This document shows, in pieces, positions 28,847 through 38,356 of a stretch of 38,356 nucleotides of DNA. Both the position numbers and the translations under genes were made by a program. Within the stretch, counting starts at the first letter, position 1; the number at the start of each line of letters is the position of its first letter. The notes under the pieces are model-generated. The model saw only the letters and a list, made by a program, of their open reading frames with translations. It had not been told where the DNA came from and did not search any database. The DNA comes from Eledone cirrhosa (Eukaryota): contig CAXHJY010001224.1 of the NCBI GenBank assembly GCA_964016885.1, forward strand, positions 1-38,356, read 5' to 3'.

Positions 28847-28864
28847 TTATATACATATATATAT
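27766..28864. repeat. Degenerate (TA)n/(TATAC)n microsatellite
   Basis: Low-complexity tract. Confidence 0.95.
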
Positions 28865-29991
28865 ATAGTAGAATAATCGAGTATCGAAAAATCGGCGCAC
28901 GAGTTCACGATAAACAAAATTCGAGATGAGCGGCAGAAGGCTCCATAATTCAGATAAATCAGAGCTATAACTATCGTTAAAATACCGTCACACGTAGAAT
29001 ATGTCTACAATCAACCAAACGACCGAAAAATTGCGATATGGAAGATTCGGGACACTCAGATAAATTATCAATAAATCAATAAATCAAATGAATGTAAAAA
29101 GCATACCCGGACCCACTAGAGAGATGGTATATCTAACTTCCTGGGTTTCTGTAAATCCTTAAACCATCCTCTATCAGCTCACACAAAAATATAAGACTTA
29201 CAGACGACGGGGGACTGGAGTTTACAACTTCAACGAGCTTTAGTCCGAACGAATGAAAAGACAAGACCCAGGCTGAAAATACGCACATGGATTTCAGCAA
29301 GGGAGATAACCTTTATATCCGCAAAAAATATTCGGGAAAATGTGGAATAACACATATCGAATAAGAGTGCTCAATAGACATGTTAAAATAAAAAGGAGCT
29401 ATTCATCATTTAATAGAATCGACAAAAAATGAACAATAAAATTAACTGGTCAATAGCTAGGTCTAGAGCTAAATATAGTAGAATAATCGAGTATCGAAAA
29501 ATCGGCGCACGAGTTCACGATAAACAAAATTCGAGATGAGCGGCAGAGGGCTCCATAATTCAGATAAATCAGAGCTATAACTATCGTTAAAATACCGTCA
29601 CACGTAGAATATGTCTACAATCAACCAAACGACCGAAAAATTGCGATATGGAAGATTCGGGACACTCAGATAAATTATCAATAAATCAATAAATCAAATG
29701 AATGTAAAAAGCATACCCGGACCCACTAGAGAGATGGTATATCTAGCTTCTTGGGTTTCTTTAAATCCTTAAACCGTCCTCTATCAGCTCACACAAAAAT
29801 ATAAGACTTACAGACGGCGGGGGACTGGAGTTTACTTCTTCAACGAGCTTTAGTCCGAACGAATGAAAAGACAAGACCCAGGCTGAAAATACGCACATGG
29901 ATTTCAGCAAGGGAGATAACCTTTATATCCGCAAAAAATATTCGGGAAAATGTGGAATAACACATATCGAATAAGAGTGCTCAATAGACAT
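28865..29991. repeat. Partial tandem repeat, 610-bp unit, about 1.85 copies, unknown family
   Basis: TAGTAGAATAATCGAG at 28866 and 29476; the copies differ by a handful of substitutions. Confidence 0.93.
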
Positions 29992-30500
29992 ATATTTATA
30001 TATATATTTATATATATATATATACACATTTATATATATATATACATATACGTATATATATATATACATATATATATATACATATATATATATACATGTA
30101 TATATATATATTTATATAAATATATACACATTTATATATGTATATACATATACATATATATACATATATATACATACATATATATACATATATATACATA
30201 CATATATATACATATATACATATATATACATATATATACATACATATATATACATATATACATATATATACATATATATACATACATATATATACATATA
30301 TACATATATATACATACATATATATACATATATACATATATACATATATGCATATATATACATATATACATATATATACATATATATACACATATATATA
30401 TATATATGTATATGTATATATATATGTATATATATGTATATATATATATTATTGTATATGTATATATATGTATATATATGTATATATATATATGTGTATA

Positions 30501-30553
<53 letters not shown>

Positions 30554-30554
30554 G

Positions 30555-30610
<56 letters not shown>

Positions 30611-30622
30611 TGTATATATATG

Positions 30623-30669
<47 letters not shown>

Positions 30670-31057
30670 GTATATGTATATATATATGTATATATATGTA
30701 TATATATGTATATATATGTATATATACGTATATATATATATATACATATATATACATACATATACATACATATACATACATATATATACATATATATACA
30801 TACATATACATACATATATATACATATATATACATATATACATATATATACATATATACATATATATACATATATACATATATATATATACATATATACA
30901 TATATATACATACATATACATACATATATATACATATATACATATATATACATACATACATACATACACATATACATATATATACATATATATACATATA
31001 TATACATATATATACATATATATACATATACATACATATATATACATATATATATAC

Positions 31058-31126
<69 letters not shown>

Positions 31127-31200
31127 CATATGTATACATATATATACATATATACACATATATAAATATATATACATATATACATATATATATATATACA
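29992..31200. repeat. Degenerate (TA)n microsatellite
   Basis: C-, G- and C-variant blocks similar to 33700-34660. Confidence 0.95.
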
Positions 31201-31899
31201 TATTGTTATATTTGGGGAGGGTCAAATTTGCGTAATATTGCCAGAATTAATAACAGAACACACTCACTGTTTGGTTGGTTTTCGCTTCTCGCTGTCTTTT
31301 ATATATATATATCTGCGATCTAACTTACTCGGTCCTCAATGTTGCCATTGACTGACCGGCGGTCAAAAATAATACAGATACAATATAGACAAACACATAT
31401 ATATATAGTTTACATAATTTACATAAATCTTTCGTTGCACATCTGCAACATCGTCAGTGGTGTTATATTCATTGTTCCTCCTGTTGTGTTGTATGTCTAC
31501 GCCATTTTTTTTGTTCAGTCTGTCTATATATTTATTTATTTATTTGCTTGTTTGTTTATCTTATTTTATTTTGTCTTCTTTGCGCATGCGTTTGCGTGTG
31601 TGTATAGTGTTATGTGTGATGTGTGACTAGTGTGTATAGTGTTGTGTCTGCTGGGTGACTAGTGTGTGTTTATGTGCTTGTGTATGTATTTATTTATCTT
31701 ATTTTATTTTATTTAATTTACTTATTTATTTATACTTCTCTCAGGTCAGTGTTGTTTGTTTGGGTGTTGTTGTTGTTCCACTCATTCTTTCTGTTTAGCT
31801 TTGGTCTTCTAATTTCTATTTCACTGGCCTCTCTGATTTGCCTATCTGCTGGGTCATTCCTATGTTTAGATATTATTCTAATTTCTATGTTGTCTACGC
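31201..31899 (-). mobile_element. PLE pLTR/tandem-junction fragment of the 14501-18300 family
   Basis: Minus strand runs from the GIY-YIG C-terminus ([26 protein letters not shown]) through a UTR into the 5' leader and the (L/M)TLPKYNN ORF start shared with 18100-18300. Confidence 0.85.
31421..31460 (-). ncRNA. Degenerate hammerhead-like motif in the pLTR
   Basis: CA-CTGACGA-T-GTTGCA-GATG-TGCAAC-GAA-AGATTT-A-TG; good core and stem II, weak stem I, imperfect helix III palindrome. Confidence 0.5.
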
Positions 31900-31955
31900 T
31901 ATATATATACATATATATACATATATATACATATATATACATATATATAATATAT

Positions 31956-31993
<38 letters not shown>

Positions 31994-32080
31994 CATATAT
32001 ATACATATATATATACATATATATACATATATATACATATATATATACATATATATATACATATATATACATATATATAC

Positions 32081-32137
<57 letters not shown>

Positions 32138-32162
32138 ATATATATATATTACATATATATAC

Positions 32163-32219
<57 letters not shown>

Positions 32220-32370
32220 TATACATATATATATATACATATATATACATATATATATATATATATACATATATATATGTATATATATGTATATATATAT
32301 GAATATATATGTATATATATATGTATATATATGTATATATATAGTATGTATATATATGTATATTATATTG

Positions 32371-32437
<67 letters not shown>

Positions 32438-32443
32438 AGTATA

Positions 32444-32493
<50 letters not shown>

Positions 32494-32638
32494 TATACAT
32501 ATATATATATATACATTTATATATACATATATATATATATATACATATATATTAATATACATATATATATTATATACATATATATACATATATATAAACA
32601 TATACATTTATATATATACATAATACATATATATAATA

Positions 32639-32671
<33 letters not shown>

Positions 32672-32797
32672 ACATATACATATATACATATACATATATA
32701 CATATACATATATACATATACATATATACATATACATATATATACATATACATATATATATATATATACATATAACATATATATATTATACATATGC

Positions 32798-32858
<61 letters not shown>

Positions 32859-32879
32859 CATATATGTATATTTATATAC

Positions 32880-32913
<34 letters not shown>

Positions 32914-33044
32914 ACACATTTATATATATATATACATATACATATATATTTATATATATATATACACATTTATATATGTATATACATATACATATATATA
33001 CATATATATATATACGTATATATACATATATATATATATACGTA

Positions 33045-33076
<32 letters not shown>

Positions 33077-33092
33077 CGTATATATATATACG

Positions 33093-33126
<34 letters not shown>

Positions 33127-33260
33127 CGTATATATACATATACGTATATATACATATATATACGTATATATTCATATATATATACGTATATATATATATA
33201 TATATACGTATATATACATATATATATATATACGTATATATATATATATATACATATACG

Positions 33261-33302
<42 letters not shown>

Positions 33303-33454
33303 CGTATATATATATATACATTATATATATATATTACGTATATATATATATACATAATATATATATATACGTATCTATATATATACATATATATATATAT
33401 ACGTATATATATATACATATATATATATACGTATGTATATATATATATACATAT
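31900..33454. repeat. Degenerate (TA)n microsatellite
   Basis: Includes a TACG-variant block similar to 36570-37195. Confidence 0.95.
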
Positions 33455-33532
33455 AACGAAGGAAATGTGGTAAGGAACCAGGTGGACCATAACGCACCAA
33501 AGTACTCAATACTTGGGGTAGTAGAGTGGGTA

Positions 33533-33669
33533 ATAGGAACCAGTAAGATCCCGACAGCTGAGCTCAAGCCGTTTCGACGGCTAATTCTGGACTAAACAAA
33601 TATTTTTTAGTCCAGAATTAGCCGTCGAAACGGCTTGAGCTCAGCTGTCGGGGTCTTACTGGTTCCTAT
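33533..33669. repeat. Near-perfect 137-bp palindrome (fold-back)
   Basis: Arms 33533-33596 and 33606-33669 are reverse complements with one mismatch; the centre AAATATTT is also palindromic. Confidence 0.95.
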
Positions 33670-34042
33670 ATATACATATATATATATACGTATATATATA
33701 TATATATACATATATATACATACATATATATACATATATACATATATATACATATATATACATACATATATATACATATATACATATATATACATATATA
33801 TACATACATATATATACATATATACATATATATACATACATATATATACATATATACATATATACATATATATACATATATACATATATATACATATATT
33901 TACACATATATATATATATATGTATATGTATATATATATGTATATATATGTATATATATATGTATATGTATATATATGTATATATATGTATATATATATG
34001 TGTGTATATATATGTATATATATATATATATGTATATATATG

Positions 34043-34091
<49 letters not shown>

Positions 34092-34553
34092 GTATATATA
34101 TGTATATATATATATGTATATATATATATGTATATATATATATATGTATATGTATATATATGTATATATATGTATATATATGTATATATATGTAATATAT
34201 ATGTATATATACGTATATATATATACATAATATATACATACATATACATACATATACATACATATATATACATATATATACATACATATACATACATATA
34301 TATACATATATATACATATTACATATATATACATATATACATATATATACATATATACTTATATACTACATACATATATATACATATATACATATATATA
34401 CATACATATACATACATATATATACATATATACATATATATACATACATACATACACATATACATATATATACATATATATACATATATATACATATATA
34501 TACATATATATACATATATATACATATATATACATATACATACATATATATAC

Positions 34554-34600
<47 letters not shown>

Positions 34601-34706
34601 CATATATATATACATATATATACATATATACACATATATAAATATATATACATATATACATATATATATATATACATATATATTCATATATATACATATT
34701 TATACA

Positions 34707-34746
<40 letters not shown>

Positions 34747-35325
34747 CATATATATACATATATATATACATATATATACATATATATATACATATATAAT
34801 ACATATATATATACATATATATACATATATATATACATATATATACATATATATACATATATATACATATATATACATATACATATATATACATATATAT
34901 ATACATATATATATATAGAAACATATATATACATATATATATACATATATTTATATATATACATATATATATACATATATATATATATATACATATATAT
35001 ACATACATATATATACATATATACATATATATACATATATATACATACATATATATACATATATACATATATATACATATATATACATACATATATATAC
35101 ATATATACATATATATACATACATATATATACATATATACATATATACATATATATACATATATACATATATATACATATATTTACACATATATATATAT
35201 ATATGTATATGTATATATATATGTATATATATGTATATATATATGTATATGTATATATATGTATATATATGTATATATATATGTGTGTATATATATGTAT
35301 ATATATATATATATGTATATATATG

Positions 35326-35374
<49 letters not shown>

Positions 35375-35834
35375 GTATATATATGTATATATATATATGT
35401 ATATATATATATGTATATATATATATATGTATATGTATATATATGTATATATATGTATATATATGTATATATATGTATATATATGTATATATACGTATAT
35501 ATATATACATATATATACATACATATACATACATATACATACATATATATACATATATATACATACATATACATACATATATATACATATATATACATAT
35601 ATACATATATATACATATATACATATATATACATATATACTTATATATACATACATATATATACATATATACATATATATACATACATATACATACATAT
35701 ATATACATATATACATATATATACATACATACATACACATATACATATATATACATATATATACATATATATACATATATATACATATATATACATATAT
35801 ATACATATATATACATATACATACATATATATAC

Positions 35835-35881
<47 letters not shown>

Positions 35882-35986
35882 CATATATATATACATATAT
35901 ATACATATATACACATATATAAATATATATACATATATACATATATATATATATACATATATATTCATATATATACATATTTATAC

Positions 35987-36025
<39 letters not shown>

Positions 36026-36271
36026 CATATATATACATATATATATACATATATATACATATATATATACATATATATACATATATATATACATATATAT
36101 ACATATATATATACATATATATACATATATATACATATATATACATATATATACATATACATATATATACATATATATAATACATATATATATATAGAAA
36201 CATATATATACATATATATATACATATATTTATATATATACATATATATATACATATATATATATATATAC

Positions 36272-36320
<49 letters not shown>

Positions 36321-36397
36321 CATATATATACATATATATATATATATACATATATATTCATATACATATATATATATATATTATACATATATATACG
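33670..36397. repeat. Degenerate (TA)n tract containing a ~1.28-kb tandem duplication
   Basis: Rare landmarks recur at a ~1280-bp offset: TTTACAC ~33899/35182, ACTTATA ~34357/35639, TATTCATA 34681/35962, TAGAAAC ~34916/36195. Confidence 0.85.
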
Positions 36398-36683
36398 GAT
36401 TAACAAATAATAGTTAAATGCAGTCCACTTAGGTGAAGTCCAGTTATGTATTCCAGGTAGTGGATGATATTAACGCTTGGCTTGGTTTGACTCAACAAGG
36501 CGTTTTCATAGTGATGCTGCGGGTATGCTGTAATTCCTATGTTGTAAACACTTGGAGTAATAATAATACATTTATATATATATACATATATATATATATA
36601 ATATACATAATACATATACATATATACATATACATATACATATATACATATACATATATACATATACATATATATACATATAC

Positions 36684-36717
<34 letters not shown>

Positions 36718-36743
36718 ATATACATATACATATATATATATAC

Positions 36744-36780
<37 letters not shown>

Positions 36781-37106
36781 CATATATATATAATTTATAT
36801 ACATATATATATATATATTTATATATATATATACACATTTATATATATATATACGTATACATATATATTTATATATATATATACACATTTATATATGTAT
36901 ATACATATACATATATATACATATATATATATACGTATATATACATATATATATATACGTACATATATATATATATATATACGTATATATATTATATATA
37001 CATATATATATATATATACGTATATATATATATATATATACATATACGTATATATACATATACGTATATTACATATATATACGTATATATAATATATATA
37101 TATACG

Positions 37107-37140
<34 letters not shown>

Positions 37141-37197
37141 GTATATATACATATATATATATACGTATATATATATATATACATACCATATATACAT

Positions 37198-38356
37198 CTA
37201 AACAAAGCAGATCGGAATATATGTATGATTTCAATACTTACAAGAATCCACCACACAACTTTTTACTTGAAGACTTCGAGAAAGACCTTTTTAATTTAAT
37301 TAAACACCTCAAATTTAAAAAGTATAAAATCCGTCTTTCAAAAGGACCTTGATTCTACCCTATTGGACCTAAAAAAGTCTAAAAAAATCCATGTCCACTC
37401 GGACAAAACTGGTAACTTGTATCATATGGATATTGAACATTATAATGAGTTCATATATAAAGAACTCAGAAAAAATTATAAAAAATCTAATAATGTGTCA
37501 CTCACCAACATCAACAACAAAACACACAACATAGTAAAAAAACTAAATATTGAAGATAGAACTGAACCTTTGGCATTGAAAAGACCACACTTCAACCTGA
37601 AAGATCACAAATCTAACTTTAACTCTAATCCTTCTATTAGACTTATATGTCCCTCCAAATCAGATATTGGAATAATTAGCAAAAAAATTTTAGATAGAGT
37701 CATCCCACAAATAAGAAAATACGTTATTTTACCACTCTGGAAAACACCTCCCAGGTAATTAATTGGTTTTAAAAATATTAGGTGTAAATCTTCTGCTTCT
37801 TTCCTACAATTTGATATAGATAATTACTATTCTTCTATATCACCCATACTCCTGAACAAAGCATTAATATTTGCTAAAAATAGATCTAATTTAACTTCGG
37901 ATGACATTAACATTATTACACATGCTAGACAAACACTTATTGAATTTCAGAATGAATACTGGGACCAGAACACATACAGTAATCTTTTTGATATTACTAT
38001 GGTTCAAGCGATTCCGCCCAAATTACTGATCTTGTGGGCCTCTTCTCCTTTTCAACATAAATGCCTCTTTTCCCCACCTCAAAGGTGGTTTATATCGTGA
38101 TGACTGTCTTCTTCTTTCTAACAACCTTAGCCTTTCAGAAATCGAAAAAAACAAAAAGCATATTAGAACTTTCCTTAAAGACTATTATAATCTTAATATT
38201 ACTTTTGAAAAAACAGTAAAGTAGTAAATTTCCTAGATATAACTTTAGATTAGCTACGGGTATATACCAACCTTACCATAAACCTAACCAAAACTTACAT
38301 TACATACACTCACAATCTAATCACCCTAAATCTATCCTTAAAAACCCTTTGCATAT
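37198..38356 (+). mobile_element. Decayed Penelope-like element (Naiad-type) RT region, running off the right edge
   Basis: Frameshifted peptides: [97 protein letters not shown]. Confidence 0.88.

Noticed and set aside
36398-36570. 170-bp unique island (and similarly 12590-12810) as an exon or ribozyme
   Set aside because: No recognisable peptide, splice pair or ribozyme core; possibly decayed transposon scraps.
37198-38356. Selenocysteine recoding as described for some Naiad elements
   Set aside because: The disruptions I could follow are frameshifts; no in-frame TGA at a conserved Cys and no SECIS is visible in the window.

Overview
Eukaryotic, gene-poor DNA; the SINE-like sequences resemble octopus/cephalopod repeats I recall, but I could not verify the species. 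Roughly half is degenerate (TA)n/(TATAC)n/(TATG)n microsatellite, so nearly all 'YIYI' ORFs in the track are artefacts. Embedded in it are a 5'-truncated CR1-group LINE (3373-5677, +), an apparently intact RTE LINE (18851-22177, -), a decayed Penelope-like element (PLE) with RT and GIY-YIG (14501-18300, -), two decayed Naiad-type PLE fragments at the window edges, and two SINE remnants. The main result is that most short non-coding islands and tandem arrays between the TA tracts carry hammerhead ribozyme (HHR) motifs, which I folded by eye. There are about 15 full type I motifs from five unrelated repeat families, most with a palindromic helix III. They include two retrozyme-like tandem arrays (316-bp and ~470-bp units) and U3-A8 compensatory core variants. 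There are also two degenerate or partial motifs and one candidate hammerhead with a non-standard, permuted strand order (12896-12961 and 13515-13580). Ribozyme activity is inferred from structure only.
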